DNA of 64,000 nt from a virus (IMGVR_UViG_3300002641_000714), one strand, 5' to 3'; shown: positions 12,674-25,452, numbered from the stretch's first letter. Numbers and translations: made by a program. The notes: generated by a model not told the origin, from the letters alone.

Positions 12674-12729
12674 TTGTTTTTGAATTATTTAGAATTCCAA
12701 TTTAAAAATTCTAAATAATTCAAAAACAA
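12674..12729. repeat. 23-bp perfect inverted repeat (long hairpin)
   Basis: ttgtttttgaattatttagaatt / aattctaaataattcaaaaacaa with a 10-nt loop. Confidence 0.85.
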
Positions 12730-12752
12730 ATAAAAATAAATTAAATTATGTC

Positions 12753-13622
12753 ATGATAGAAAAATTATATGAGTATGCATTAAAAAATGCAGGAAATAAA
12801 GTCGAAATAACACAAGTGCAATCTATTCAAGAAGGAAAAGTTAAATTTTTTGGTATTATTGATTTACTTCGTCAAAAAGAACCAATAGCGGTTTATGAAA
12901 TCGGTGATAAAGTTTTTTATAATAATTATGATGATGTAATTTATACTATTAATGAAAATAAAAATGTAGTTGAAGATTTATCAGCATATGATGAAGATGA
13001 AGATTATATTAATACTTCATTATTAGAAGACGGTTATCAATTAATAGATTCATTATTATTAGAAAGAGCAAAAATTAGAAAACCTGGTTTAACTACCGGC
13101 GGAGATATTAGAAAATCACAGAAAAGAGCAGAAATTATGAATGGTACTAAAGATCGTCAAGAATTTGAAAAGAAAGTTGAACGTCTATCTGATGAAGCTG
13201 GTGTTGCAAATCCATTAGTTCCACAACCTCAACAAGAATCAGTTAATATTGAAGATGCTAATGAATTATCTGAATCATTAATTGATAAAGATAATATCGA
13301 AATTATTTATGAACCGATGGATTGGGTTATTATTAAAGAAAATGGAATGAAAGCACAAGTAACAAATGTTTATAATGATGGAGACGGAAATCTTAAAATG
13401 TTGACAATTGTTGCATCTAACGGTGTTTGTTATGATGCAGACCCGGATGAAATTGAGCCGGATCCAATATATTTGGCAAATCTTCCAGGAGTCACTGTTA
13501 ACAGCACATTATTAGGTGTTCCAAGATTGGCAACATTTGATATTAATCCTGAAACTAAATTAACTGATAAAGTTAATAATGATGATCCTGCACTTGAGGA
13601 AAAATATAAAGATTTTAATTAA
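12753..13622 (+). CDS. Hypothetical protein
   Basis: 289-aa ORF ending TAA; typical codon usage. Confidence 0.8.
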   Translation: MIEKLYEYALKNAGNKVEITQVQSIQEGKVKFFGIIDLLRQKEPIAVYEIGDKVFYNNYDDVIYTINENKNVVEDLSAYDEDEDYINTSLLEDGYQLIDSLLLERAKIRKPGLTTGGDIRKSQKRAEIMNGTKDRQEFEKKVERLSDEAGVANPLVPQPQQESVNIEDANELSESLIDKDNIEIIYEPMDWVIIKENGMKAQVTNVYNDGDGNLKMLTIVASNGVCYDADPDEIEPDPIYLANLPGVTVNSTLLGVPRLATFDINPETKLTDKVNNDDPALEEKYKDFN

Positions 13623-13643
13623 TAAGTTAAAATCAAAAAAAGA

Positions 13644-13675
13644 AAAAGAGATTCAATTAATTTTGAATCTCTTTT
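13644..13675. terminator. Bidirectional terminator (GAGATTCA stem family)
   Basis: aaaagagattcaa..ttgaatctctttt between convergent genes. Confidence 0.8.
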
Positions 13676-13680
13676 TATTA

Positions 13681-13974
13681 TTAATGACGATATGGTTGTG
13701 GTACAAGTTGATCATCATATAATTTATATAATATACCAGCTAAAAGCTGCCTATATTTATCAGTATATGTTAAATGTTGTTCTTCTGCAACTTCTTCAGC
13801 TATATCATAAAGCCAATCTACAAATTGATCATCATCTATTTCTTCTGTTATTAAATAAAATTCAGAAGGAAAATAACTTTTTTGCTCAGCATATTCATTT
13901 AAAGACTTTTTAACTTCTTTAGCTACAGAAGTCATAATGTTTTCATATAAAGCTTTTTTATTATCTTTTTTCAT
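13681..13974 (-). CDS. Leader-A family protein, small payload
   Basis: MKKDNKKALYENIMTSVAKEVKKSLNE. Confidence 0.8.
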   Translation of the reverse strand: MKKDNKKALYENIMTSVAKEVKKSLNEYAEQKSYFPSEFYLITEEIDDDQFVDWLYDIAEEVAEEQHLTYTDKYRQLLAGILYKLYDDQLVPQPYRH

Positions 13975-14006
13975 ATTCATATGTTTAATTGTTTTTTATT
14001 ATTTAT

Positions 14007-15242
14007 TTATACTAATTCAATTTCATTATATTCAATTTCTTTTAGAAAATCTTTAGGCATTATACTATAATCAGAATTATCTATTACAGCATAAATTAAT
14101 TTATATTTTCTATAATCAAGATACATACTATAAAACGCTACTAAATATTCACCAGTTTCATTTGATACTACAACATACGGTTTTGTATCATTGTATTTTA
14201 ATTCATCATAAATTAAATTAGAGCCGTGATAATAATCTTCAATATAATATTGATGTGATAAAGTAACCCATATAAATGATTTAAAATTACTGGTTACTTC
14301 ATTATATGGCATATATTTTCTTAAAAAATTATTTGCTTCAGATGCCCGCCATTGAATACGTGTTCCAAAATGTAAATCATCGCCTGCTAATGTTTCATAT
14401 ACATATGCGACATGATTATTAATTGATGTAATATCTAAAATTTTTGGAAAATCTATATCAAACCGTTTACAAATATTTTTAGTTAAATATCTTTTGAATT
14501 TTAATTGTTTACTTCTTACTGTATTAACTTCATCAATATCAAGCCCGTTATCGCTTACAATATTTTCAGTACTGAAAATTTCAACATGAGAATACCATTT
14601 ACCATTTTTTGGAAGTTCATAAATAATAACATTAAATGCATTATCCGGTGAAATTGAAACCTAATCAACAATAAAATAATCTAAATTTTTAAGTTCCGGA
14701 TGAAAATGTATAAAATTCTGGAAAATATCTATTAATTCATTATCACGTCCTTTTAAATCATATTTAAACTAATCATATAATTTTTCTATATCATTTGCAT
14801 CTGATGTGTATTTATAATTTGGAAATAATTTATTTTTATAATATACAAAAAATGCATTAAATGCTGACCAGTTTGTTATATTAAACCAACCTTTTGAATT
14901 ATAAAAATAACCTCCGATTTTATCCTTGACTTTATCACCCATTGTTTGATTTAAACTAACTAAATACGGCCAATCACTATTATTACTGGTAACTTTATAG
15001 TTAACAAAACCAAAATCTTTGAATATTGATTTATCTTTTCCAGGAAGTCGTTTTAATAATTCATATATAAATGATTTCTATGTTATTTGTTGATTTGCAA
15101 ATGTTTTTTGAATATCGCCTTTAGTTGTTCCTTTAACTTTACTATTAGTCTGTCCTTGAAGCACATCATCATCAAAATCATCTAATGCAAATGAAATTGC
15201 TTCACTAATACTTTTTAATATTTTATTTGTTAATTTTTTCAA
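14007..15242 (-). CDS. Leader-B family protein, unique payload, 411 aa
   Basis: TTG start; KILKSISEAISFALDDFDDDVLQGQTNSKVK; read-through of TAGs joins it to ORF 14007..14312. Confidence 0.7.
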
Positions 15243-15287
15243 AATATAATTAGAAATTATTTTTATATTTATTTAGATTTAACAAAT

Positions 15288-15315
15288 AAACAAATGAATA
15301 AAAAATAATTATAAT
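15288..15315 (+). promoter_or_regulatory. Putative middle promoter AAAC-N18-TATAAT
   Basis: Motif recurs upstream of uvsW, ligase, the exonuclease and several minus-strand genes. Confidence 0.45.
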
Positions 15316-15343
15316 ATTAAAATAAAAATATATTTTTAAGTAT

Positions 15344-16615
15344 ATGGCAAAAAAGAAAGAAGTATTAAGTGAAGGAACCGGTTTACCAAGTGTATTTGAT
15401 TTAGTAAAGAAAGTAGATGATAGTGTAGAAATTATTGCAGAATCTGCCTATTCAAATATACAATCTTGGATTCCAACAGGCAGTTATATTTTAAATGCCG
15501 CAATGTCCGGTGATTTATTTAAAGGAATTCCATCTGGCCGTGTTATAACATTTGAAGGTGATTCTGGTGTTGGTAAATCATTTTTAGCATGTTCTATTTG
15601 TAGAGAAGCTCAAAAGATGGGGTATACTCCAATTTATATGGATTCAGAAGGAAGTATTGATTCTAATTTTGTATCTCGTCTTGGTGTGGATCCAAATAAT
15701 CTTATTATTAAACAAGTTTCTACTATTGCAGAAACATCACAATTTATTGCAAATGTTTGTGCACAGCTTCAAGAACAAGAAGATAAATATGGAGAGCATC
15801 AAAAAGTTATTATGGTTCTTGATTCTCTTGGAAACTTGACATCAGATAAAGAACGTGATGATATTATGGCAGGCGCAAATAAGCGTGATATGACAAAGGC
15901 TCAAGAAATTAAAGCATTGTTTAGAGTAAATGCAACACCGCTTGCTAGACTTCAAATTCCAATGATTGTTAATAATCATGTTTATGCAGCAGTTGGTGCA
16001 TATGTTCCAACATCAATTGGTAGCGGTGGTTCTGGAATTAAATATAATTCATCATTAACTATTCAATTATCAGCTGCAAAACTTGATGATAAAGATAATG
16101 AAGCAGCTGCGGCTAAAAAACAAGGTGCTGATACAACAGCAAAAAATGGAGTTTTAGTAACAGCAAAAACAGTTAAATCAAGATTCTGTCGTCCTTATAA
16201 AGTTAAATTTCAAATTCCATTTTTCAAAAAACCTAATCCGTTTGTTGGTTTGGAAGCCTTTATGAATTGGGAAAATTCTGGAATTGTTCGTGGAAATCTT
16301 ATTACAGAAAAAGATTATAATAAACTTTCTCCGGCAGATCAAGCAAAAATTTATGTATTTGAATTTAATGGTGAAACTTTATATTGTCAACCAAAGGATA
16401 CAGCTCGAGGAATTGTTTGTCGTCACTTAGGTACTGTAGTTCCAATTGCAGAATTCTTTACTGAAAAAGTTTTCACACAAGAATTTTTGGAATACTTAAA
16501 TAAAAATGTGATTCACCCGATGTTTGATTTGCCAGACCAATCTTCATTTGATGATATTAAAGAAATTGAAGATTTAATTGAAACCGGAACAGAAACACCA
16601 GAAACAGAAAATTAA
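15344..16615 (+). CDS. uvsX: RecA-like recombinase UvsX
   Basis: IPTGSYILN, Walker A GDSGVGKS, YMDSEGS, VLDSLGNL, NHVY, SGGSGIKY; no TAG. Confidence 0.93.
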   Translation: MAKKKEVLSEGTGLPSVFDLVKKVDDSVEIIAESAYSNIQSWIPTGSYILNAAMSGDLFKGIPSGRVITFEGDSGVGKSFLACSICREAQKMGYTPIYMDSEGSIDSNFVSRLGVDPNNLIIKQVSTIAETSQFIANVCAQLQEQEDKYGEHQKVIMVLDSLGNLTSDKERDDIMAGANKRDMTKAQEIKALFRVNATPLARLQIPMIVNNHVYAAVGAYVPTSIGSGGSGIKYNSSLTIQLSAAKLDDKDNEAAAAKKQGADTTAKNGVLVTAKTVKSRFCRPYKVKFQIPFFKKPNPFVGLEAFMNWENSGIVRGNLITEKDYNKLSPADQAKIYVFEFNGETLYCQPKDTARGIVCRHLGTVVPIAEFFTEKVFTQEFLEYLNKNVIHPMFDLPDQSSFDDIKEIEDLIETGTETPETEN

Positions 16616-16641
16616 TTTTTGTATTTTTATATTTTATATGT

Positions 16642-16674
16642 GAGAAGACACTAATTAAAGTGTCTTCTCTTTTT
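16642..16674 (+). terminator. Intrinsic terminator
   Basis: gagaagacac..gtgtcttctc followed by a T tract. Confidence 0.75.
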
Positions 16675-16689
16675 AATAAATATATTGAT

Positions 16690-17373
16690 ATGAAAAACTA
16701 TAATAAAATATTAGAAGCCGTTAATCGCGGTATTAAATTTGCTTTAGATGACTTTGATAATGAAGAACCTCAAGGACAAGTTAATACTAAAGTTAATAAT
16801 ACCAGTAATATTAAAGAATATGTAAATTGGTTAAATTTAGTTGATAAAGTTAATGAATATGATATTACTAAAGAAGATGTTGCAGAATTAATGAAACTTA
16901 GCCAATTATTAAATTTGAAATTTAAAGCAGATAATGATACATTAAAAGCAATTGTTTATTATATATGTGGAATTAATCCTCGAGCTGATTTAAATTGGAT
17001 AGATACTAGCAGTATAACAGATATGTCATTATTATTTCATTAGACTAAATTTAATGGAGATATTTCTGAATGGGATGTTTCTAATGTTAAGACAATGCTA
17101 GAAATGTTTGAATCTACACCATTCAATGGCAATATATCTAAATGGAATGTTTCTAATGTAAAAAATATGGCATGGATGTTTGCCCATTCTAATTTTAATA
17201 AACCTATAGGAAATTGGGATGTTTCTAATGTAGAAACTATAGAATATATGTTTTATGATGCTAAAAAATTTAATAAAGATATTTCTAAGTGGGATATAAA
17301 CACATACGATACTGATTATATGTTTTCTGGATGTCCAATAAAAAAAGAATTTAAACCTGTATTTCCATGGTAA
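16690..17373 (+). CDS. Leader-B + DUF285/BspA-like repeat protein
   Basis: MKNYNKILEAVNRGIKFALDDF; NWIDTSSITDMS and repeated FNGDISEWDVSNVKTM; one TAG at 17041. Confidence 0.8.
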
Positions 17374-18092
17374 AAAATTATAATAAAATATTAGAAGCAG
17401 TTAATCGTGGTATTAAATTTGCATTAGATGATTTTGAAGATCAGGATGATATTCAAGGTCAAACCAATAGTAAAGTTAAATATCAAGGCGGAATAAATGA
17501 ATATCTAGATTTAATGAAAATTGTAGTTGATTTAGGTCTTCCATCCGGTAATTTATGGTGTAAATATAATCTTGGCTGTAATTATGAAAAATTAAATAAT
17601 GACTCAGAAAATACTATACCGGATATGTGGTATGGAGATTATTATGCATGGGGACAAACAAAACCAAATAGTCTTGAAGAATATGATAAAGCATTTAGTG
17701 CAAATATATTAACACATGATATTGATCCGTCATATCAAAATATGCATTTTAAAGATTTTAAATTTTTTACACCTTCTGTTAAAGATTTCCAAGAATTATT
17801 ACAAAATACTATTCAAAAAAATGTACAAAATTATAAAATTAATTATTTAAACGGTATAGAATTAACTAGTAAAATTAATGGAAATAAATTATTTTTACCG
17901 AATAATGGTTTACATTATAGTGATGATGATATACCGGTTAAATCAATGCTTGTCGGCAGTCTTTCTTATTGTTGGACAGCAACTGCAAATAAATCAAATG
18001 CAAGCGATGCTATAGTATATGCTAAATCATTTGGTGATTAGGATAAAAGTTTTTTATGCGGTATACGACCTGTATTAAATTTAAATAGATAA
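17367..18092 (+). CDS. Leader-B + VDLGLPSG domain protein
   Basis: KNYNKILEAVNRGIKFALDDF; VVDLGLPSGNLWCKYNLG; read-through of TAG 18039 gives the family's C-terminal GIRPV. Confidence 0.8.
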
Positions 18093-18862
18093 TGATGAAA
18101 AATTTAGAAGAAATATTAAAGAAATTAAATGAGAATAAATTAGCGTTTGCATTAGATGACTTTGATGATAATGAAGAAATTCAAGGTCAAATTAATAGTA
18201 AAGTTAAAAATAACAGTAATATTATTAATTATTTAAAATCTGAATTTTTTAAAGAAATAGTTAATAAACTTGATAAATCAACTTTTTATACAAAATTATT
18301 ATCAGCATAGCAAAATATTACAATTAGTGATTTATCTAATTTTAATATTCCAGATGACGATAAAAAAATTATTATATCTTATTTAAAAGAATATATTTTT
18401 AACGGAACAAATACCGATGTTGTCGATATGTTACTTCCGTCGGGAACTTGGTGGGGAACATATAATCTCGGTGCTAATTCAACGGATGAATATGGTATTG
18501 CATATGAACTGGATTTAAATAAAGATATTGCATATGAAGAAACAAAAATATTCAAAACACCGACATTAGATCAATTTAATGAATTATTTGAAAATACTGA
18601 TCATATTAAAATAAATGATGGTTTTGTTTTTGCATCAAAAGAAAATCCATTGCATTTTATATTCTTTAATAAAAATGATGATTATAAAATATATATGATT
18701 TCTGGTACATATGATGATAATACATTTCTTGGTATGAAACTATTTAAATTTGATGATTTCTATTGCAAGCCATTATCATTTAAATTATTAAATAATAAAG
18801 TGCCGCCAACAATATATATGAAAATTCGTCCGGTATATAATAAAAATGAGATTCAAATTTAA
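18092..18862 (+). CDS. Divergent leader-B + degenerate VDLGLPSG domain protein
   Basis: AFALDDFDDNEEIQGQINSKVK; VVDMLLPSGTWWGTYNLGA..KIRPV; joined across TAG 18308. Confidence 0.75.
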
Positions 18863-18878
18863 TGAATCTCATTTTTAA

Positions 18879-19346
18879 TTAAAGTGAATAAGTGTTAATT
18901 CTCTGTTGTCTTGCCCAATCATCCGGAATAAACAACTTTGTATGTCTTGCATCATTATAGAATGTATAAGAATTTTTAAGAGATTTACAATACCTACGAA
19001 CAATCCCGTAACCAACTAGATAAACACTATTATTACTATTGTCATAGAACGCATAGTAATTAACCTCATTTTCTAGCACAGCAGAAACCAGATAATTATG
19101 ATTGCGCGGATTATGAGCAGCAAAATAAAATGTTACTGTTTCTTTTCCATTATTTGCAATAATATAATTACCCGTAGATCGAGTCTCATAACCATTCCTC
19201 CTTAATACATCACAGAAACGACGACGGTAGGAAGTAAATGGTGTATCAGTAGAACTAAGTCCTGGATGTGTATGTCGAACACTCACATTAGTTGTATTCT
19301 TTACACCTTCTCCAATTAGTTTGTTAACTTGTTTTAAACCTTCCAT
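18879..19346 (-). CDS. Hypothetical protein
   Basis: ATG at 19346 directly follows the TAA of the upstream read-through gene. Confidence 0.7.
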   Translation of the reverse strand: MEGLKQVNKLIGEGVKNTTNVSVRHTHPGLSSTDTPFTSYRRRFCDVLRRNGYETRSTGNYIIANNGKETVTFYFAAHNPRNHNYLVSAVLENEVNYYAFYDNSNNSVYLVGYGIVRRYCKSLKNSYTFYNDARHTKLFIPDDWARQQRINTYSL

Positions 19347-19347
19347 A

Positions 19348-19875
19348 TTAAAGTTCTCTTTCAGTAAAATTTGCAAATTGTGTTAATTTATAATTTTTTG
19401 GTTTTCCTTTAACCACTTCTTCAGGCATTTCTTCTTCAGGTTGCAATTCTGTTACCTATGCTTTTGCATTAACATTATCTATAGTAGTATCAACATCATC
19501 ACTTTGACAACCGTTCATAAGCTCGCGAAGCTCCTCATCAACACCAGCAAGATAGATGTGTTTCAAGCCCTCACTCTTATCAAGGCGATTCATCTCTTCC
19601 TCATACATACGAGTCAGCTCTTTACGTTGATAATTGATAATCTCAAGATCTGACAAAAGCTCCTTACGGCGTGCCTTATTAAATGCAATTGCACGGCCGA
19701 TTTGTTGATCATACTGATCTACCTCATGACAACGTGTCTTTGCAATAAAACGGCGTCCATACCAACGATCATAAAGTGTACATACTGTTACACCATTCTT
19801 CTCGTCATCATGAAATTTAACTGTGTTTGACATGTCCTGCTGCTCAGGACTCATTTTCGTAAAATTACTTTTCAT
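19348..19875 (-). CDS. Conserved-type phage protein (RCHEVDQYDQQIGRAIA motif), 175 aa
   Basis: Reading through TAG at 19456-19458 extends it to TAA at 19348, abutting the next ATG. Confidence 0.7.
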
Positions 19876-20128
19876 TTTTCTTTTAGTTTTAATTTTTAGT
19901 TTAACATTAAATATTCAGATTTTCGGTCATCTGAACTTTAATTATTATAAATCAAAAAATTAAAAAGTTTATAAAAAGCTCAAAAATATTGGATTGCAAA
20001 GTATATTTTGCAAAACAATAATAATTAAAACCAAATAATAAAATAATGGTAAAATATGTTATAAAACATAAAAAATGAAGATAAATAAAAAAATTGTGAT
20101 ATTTAGAACATTATTTTAACTGAAAACT

Positions 20129-20794
20129 ATGAAAAGATATTTATTATACATATTATTAATAATTAATTCTATTTGTTATGGACAAATATATAGTACTGGC
20201 AATAGAATGTATGGGACTATGAGTACTCCATCATATGATAATTATAAAAATATTAATGGCGGTAGTAATATTGGTTATTCCAGTCTAAATATTGGATATT
20301 CAACAAGCAAATATGGAATGACAAATACTTATAATATGTACAAACGTCAATATAATAATGTATATAGTGGAACATACAATCCTGGAAGCAGTAGTAGATC
20401 AGGCCAACCACGAAGAGTAAAAGGATATACTATAGATGGAGATTCTATTAATACAGATGGAATGGGTAATCCATCAGATCCATTAAAAGGTATGTGGTTA
20501 GATGGTTATAATTATTATTATGAAGATAATTATTGGTATAGAGGTCATTATGATAAACGTGGAAATTATATATATGAAAAATGGAGTTCGGTATTTGATG
20601 CTGACTGGTTATTCTGGAATTGGTATAGCGGAAGAAATCCAGGAGATGATGCTATTCAATATTATCAAAATAATCCAAAACCGCATCCATATGATCCATA
20701 TGCAGATCCAATAGGAGAATTCCCAATAGGATTATTATTGATTTTATCATTTTTATTTGTATATTATAAAAAACTTAAAAATAAAACTAATTGA
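20129..20794 (+). CDS. Secreted/membrane-anchored protein with C-terminal PIGE-TM-KK sorting-like signal
   Basis: N-terminal signal peptide MKRYLLYILLIINSICYG; C-terminal DPIGEFPIGLLLILSFLFVYYKK. Confidence 0.65.
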   Translation: MKRYLLYILLIINSICYGQIYSTGNRMYGTMSTPSYDNYKNINGGSNIGYSSLNIGYSTSKYGMTNTYNMYKRQYNNVYSGTYNPGSSSRSGQPRRVKGYTIDGDSINTDGMGNPSDPLKGMWLDGYNYYYEDNYWYRGHYDKRGNYIYEKWSSVFDADWLFWNWYSGRNPGDDAIQYYQNNPKPHPYDPYADPIGEFPIGLLLILSFLFVYYKKLKNKTN

Positions 20795-20797
20795 ATT

Positions 20798-21430
20798 ATG
20801 AAAAAACTTTTAATTTCTTTAATTTGTATTTTATTTGCTAATTTTAGTATGGCAAATATTAATAAAAATGTTGCTGACACAATTCGTTTTGTAGATGTTG
20901 TTGAAATTAACAATGGAGAATTTGGAGTTGTATGGACAACAGATTCTGTAAAATGCGATGCATATAAAGTAGATATGGTTTTATTTGATACTGCTACTTA
21001 TACCGGTGCATTTTTTGCAACTGTTGCAACATATGCAGAAAATTATGTAATTTCAAATTCTAGCTATTATGGTGTGACAACAAGTAATATTTTAAAATAC
21101 GGTGATAATTACCAAACAATCGGTGCAAAAGGTGCAAGCCAAGAAGTTATTGATGCATGGGAAACTGCATGGAATAATTCGGTAAATGAAAACGGTGAAA
21201 CATTAAAACCTGGATATTATATTATTCAAGTTACCGGAATTGATTCTATGTTTAATGTAATAACAGCTGCTAATTATATTATGGTAAATGTTAAAAATGT
21301 AACAACAGATATTAATTCTGTCTTTTTTAATAAAAAGGCTAATGGAAAATATATGGATCCAATAACAAATACTTTATATATTATTCGTGATAATAAAAAA
21401 TATGATACTCAAGGAAATCGTATTAATTAA
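20798..21430 (+). CDS. Secreted protein with Bacteroidales T9SS-type C-terminal domain
   Basis: Signal peptide MKKLLISLICILFANFSMA; C-terminus TTDINSV..GKY..LYIIRDNKKYDTQGNRIN. Confidence 0.65.
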   Translation: MKKLLISLICILFANFSMANINKNVADTIRFVDVVEINNGEFGVVWTTDSVKCDAYKVDMVLFDTATYTGAFFATVATYAENYVISNSSYYGVTTSNILKYGDNYQTIGAKGASQEVIDAWETAWNNSVNENGETLKPGYYIIQVTGIDSMFNVITAANYIMVNVKNVTTDINSVFFNKKANGKYMDPITNTLYIIRDNKKYDTQGNRIN

Positions 21431-21573
21431 AAATAAATAATAAAAGAACTATGAAATTGTAATGTATACTTTACATTTTTAAATATTTTAAGGGGGTTTA
21501 TATCAGAAAATGATATAAACTCCTTTTACTTTATATAATGTGAAAAAACAAAAATATAAAACTATATACAAAA

Positions 21574-24500
21574 ATGAAAAAAATTCTTCTCTTTTTATCT
21601 TTTCTCTTAATGAGTATTGGAATGTGGGGCGCCACTGAAACAGCGACTTTTACACCATCTAACTTCACAGGACAAGGCACAAGCGGAACAGGTTCTGCGA
21701 TTAGTGCAACAGTAGACGGAGTTACATTTTCATGTGATAAAGGTTATGGGGCCGCTCAGATAAGGTGTTATAGCGGGAGTAAAATCACAATTTCTTCTAC
21801 GAATACGATAACGGCAATTTTCTTTACTTTCAGTGACTCACGTACGGGTGGGTTGGAGACATTATATACAAGTTTAAGTACTACATCATGGTAGAAAACT
21901 CTTTCATCTCAAGCAAGAATAACAGAATTGATTGTGACATATTTAGATTCTTCACCAACTATATATACTGTCTCATTTAATAATGCAATTGGTGAAAATC
22001 CATCGCCAATAAAACAACCAAATTACATGATAGGGATCGAACTACCCATACCTACATTTAATTCTGCATGTGAAAATGATGGATGGGTATTTGCAGGATG
22101 GAGTGAAAGCAACTCAGATTATTCATCTCTAAAAACTGGTACATATATGCCAGAAAAAGATACAACTTTATATGCTGTTTATAAAAAGAGTGAAGGAGAA
22201 AATAAATGGGTAAAACTTACAAGTGATACTCTGTTATCTAATGGTATGAAAGTCGTTATTGTTGCACCAGAATGTAATATGGCATTATACCATGAGACTA
22301 TTTCATCTAGTTATTGCAAATATTGGAACTTTAATATAAACAATATTGATAATGATATAAAAAATTATCTTACAATATTTAATTCAGAAATAAATGGAGA
22401 ATGGTATTTTGGAGATAATACAAATGGTTGGTTATATAATTCAAGCAGTAATAATTTAAAATTCGATGAAACATACAAAAGTAGTTGGGATTTAGAATAC
22501 ACTAATAATAAATTTTCAATAACAACAAATTCTAAATGTTTATCATGTAGAACAGATTTAAATGGTGATAATCAATATAAATTTAGAATGGGAGGCAATG
22601 CATGTAATGTTGGTGAACATGAGTTTGATATATATGCAAAAATTCGATCAATATCATATTCATTTAATCCATCATGTTGTGAGAATATTATTACAATAAA
22701 CAAATTTCCAACAGAAATCGGTTCATTTGATTTAAGCACAAATACTGTATGTGGTGATGGTGATGGTGGAGAAGTTGAAATTATAAATATAGTTCCAGAT
22801 GATGGTTATATGCTAGATACTATTTTTGCAGTTGATACTGTAAATATGAGTATTGTTGGTACAACAAATATGGCTGAACATAAAATTACTGGAATTAAAA
22901 CCAATTGTGTGGTAGTTGTAGTATTTACACCACTTCCACCAGAACCAGAAATAGAAATTGTTGAGTGGAATCCAGATTATATAAAAGTGGGTATTGATAA
23001 TTTTGATGCAGTAACCGCGGTTATTGAAAATAAGAATACACAAGAGGTACATGAAAATAATGTTGCAACAGAATTGTTTTTTAGTAAATATTTTGAAGCT
23101 GAGACAACAATTAAGATGCTAGGAATTTATAATGGGAAGCAAGACTCATTAAATTTATCTGATTATACAATAAAGGCCGGGGATGGTACTAAAGGGACAT
23201 CTTGGGAAAAGATATATGATTTATCAAATTTGGGTTGGATTCATTCTGGAGAAGAAATAATATTATATTCATACTCTGATGATGCAAACACAACTACCGT
23301 CATTAATTGTATTAATAGTCATGGTGCTGGTTTTAGTAAATATATACGAGTTAAAACAGGTGGAATTGTTAATGGTTCACTAACATTTAATGGAGATGAT
23401 GCTATTGGATTGTTTAAAAATGATAAACTAATCGATATAATTGGTGCCGGAACTTCTGATGCAATCTGCGTTACCGGATTAAAGGGAAAAACAAATGGTA
23501 AAGATAAAGACACAATAATGTACAATACACACCATATTGATAATTATTGCTGGATAACAGATACAGCCGATAACACTAATGGTTATAGCAATGTTATTGC
23601 TACCGATTTATGCCTTCTTATTAGAAAATCAAATGTTCATTCAGGAGATAGTGCAGTTAAGTATAATACAACAGATTTTGTTACATTGGGTAGAGAATGG
23701 TTTGGAAAATTAGTTTCTAAAAAAGATTCATCAACATGTAAAAATTTTGATTATGTTGGTACATTCAATTACAATGAACATTACTCACAATATACTCAAG
23801 TTGGTGATAAAATTTTATTAGCTAAAATTGATTCTGATGGTTCATATAAAATATCAATTCCTGATTTGGACACCTTATCGTGTACATATTTAAAAGTCAT
23901 AGTTAATGATGATTCTAATAATTCAGAAGAGTGTGAATATAAAATTCCTATATTTGTGACAGAAAATACAAATTCCAATTCATTAATCTCTCAAGAAGGT
24001 GATGATTGTCCAGAATGTGATGTTGTTATTATTAAAGGCGGTAAATTAACAGTTAATTCTAATTTAACAAACAGAGATGTAACAGTATATCCAGGTGGAG
24101 TTTTAATTATTCCATCAGATCAAACTTATAAAGTTAATTCTTTAACACTTCGTCGAGATAATGATTCTATTCCATATTTTTCATATAAAGGAACATTAAA
24201 TACTAAAAAATTTAATATTGATTTAAGAACTGATGCAGAAGATTGGAGATGGATGACATTACCGTTTACAATTCATACTGACAGTATTAAATTATCTAAT
24301 GGGAAACCAATTAATTTGAATAATAATGTTTGGATTTCATATTATGATGGAAAACACCGTTCAATATATCAAAAAAATGCATGGAAAGATATTTATAAAG
24401 ATACAGTATTTAATGCAGGTGAAGGATTTTTATTTGGTGTTGATCTCCCAGGAAAATCTAAGAAAATTTACAGATTCCCATTTAATAAAGATTCTATTGA

Positions 24501-25422
24501 ACATGAAAAATCAGATAAAATTATTAGAAACCTATATGCATGGGGAGGAAATAATGAAAATCTAGCACCTAATCATAAAGGATGGAATCTAATTGGAAAC
24601 CCATTTATGGATGCTGATACTACAGATATTATAAAACCAATTAGAATTGGAAGATTGAAAAAAGATTCTGTTAATGGACAGTGGACTGGTGGTTGGGTAT
24701 CTGATACAATTGAAGATACACATGGTAAAAAATTGCGTTATGCTGTTATTCCTAATAAAAATGAAGAATTTGCAGATGCAGGATATTATGAATCAGTTGT
24801 TTTAGATGACTACATATTAAAACCATTAACTTCATTCTTTGTTCAAATTAGTGGAAATGAAAGTGATATGCAAACATTAACATTTGAATCAGAAAAAAGA
24901 ACAAATAGAATAGTTGCAAGAAGAACTCCAATTAATGAAAAAGATGAAGAATTATTCTTAAGAATCAAAATAGGGAACAAAAAAACTGGTTGCTTTATAT
25001 CTAATCATTTTAATAAAAACTACGAACCAGGGGATGATTTAGAGTCACGGTATACATATTATCAGTTAATTAATGGATATAAATTATTATATTCTGCAAT
25101 AAATGATTCTATTATTGAGAATGGAGTTCAAATCCACTCGCTTGGTGGAAAAGTAACATTAGATCCAAAAGTTGAAACTGAAAAATTTGAATAGATTTAT
25201 ATTCTTTATAATAATGAGTGGTATGATTTATTGCATGGTGATGAACCAGAAGTTTTAGGCGATTTTATATTATATGGAAAAAGAAAAATTCAAGAAGATA
25301 TTCCAACAGATATCGGTAATATAAAACCTGGCCAAGGAACATTTAAATTTATAAACAAAGATAATGTTTATATAAACAATAAAGGAAAGATTTATAATAT
25401 ATTTGGTTCACAAATAAAATAA
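21574..25422 (+). CDS. 1282-aa host-like surface protein: signal peptide, InlB-B-like repeat, lamin-tail-like domain, T9SS-type CTD
   Basis: Joined across TAG 21892 and 25192; YTVSF..GWVFAGWS..TLYAVY; ELFFSKYFE..IYNG..LNLSDYTI..FNGDDAIGLFK..IDIIG; C-terminal KFI..VYI..GKIYNIFGSQIK. Confidence 0.7.
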
Positions 25423-25452
25423 AAAGGAGGAGATTAAATTCTCCTCTTTTTA

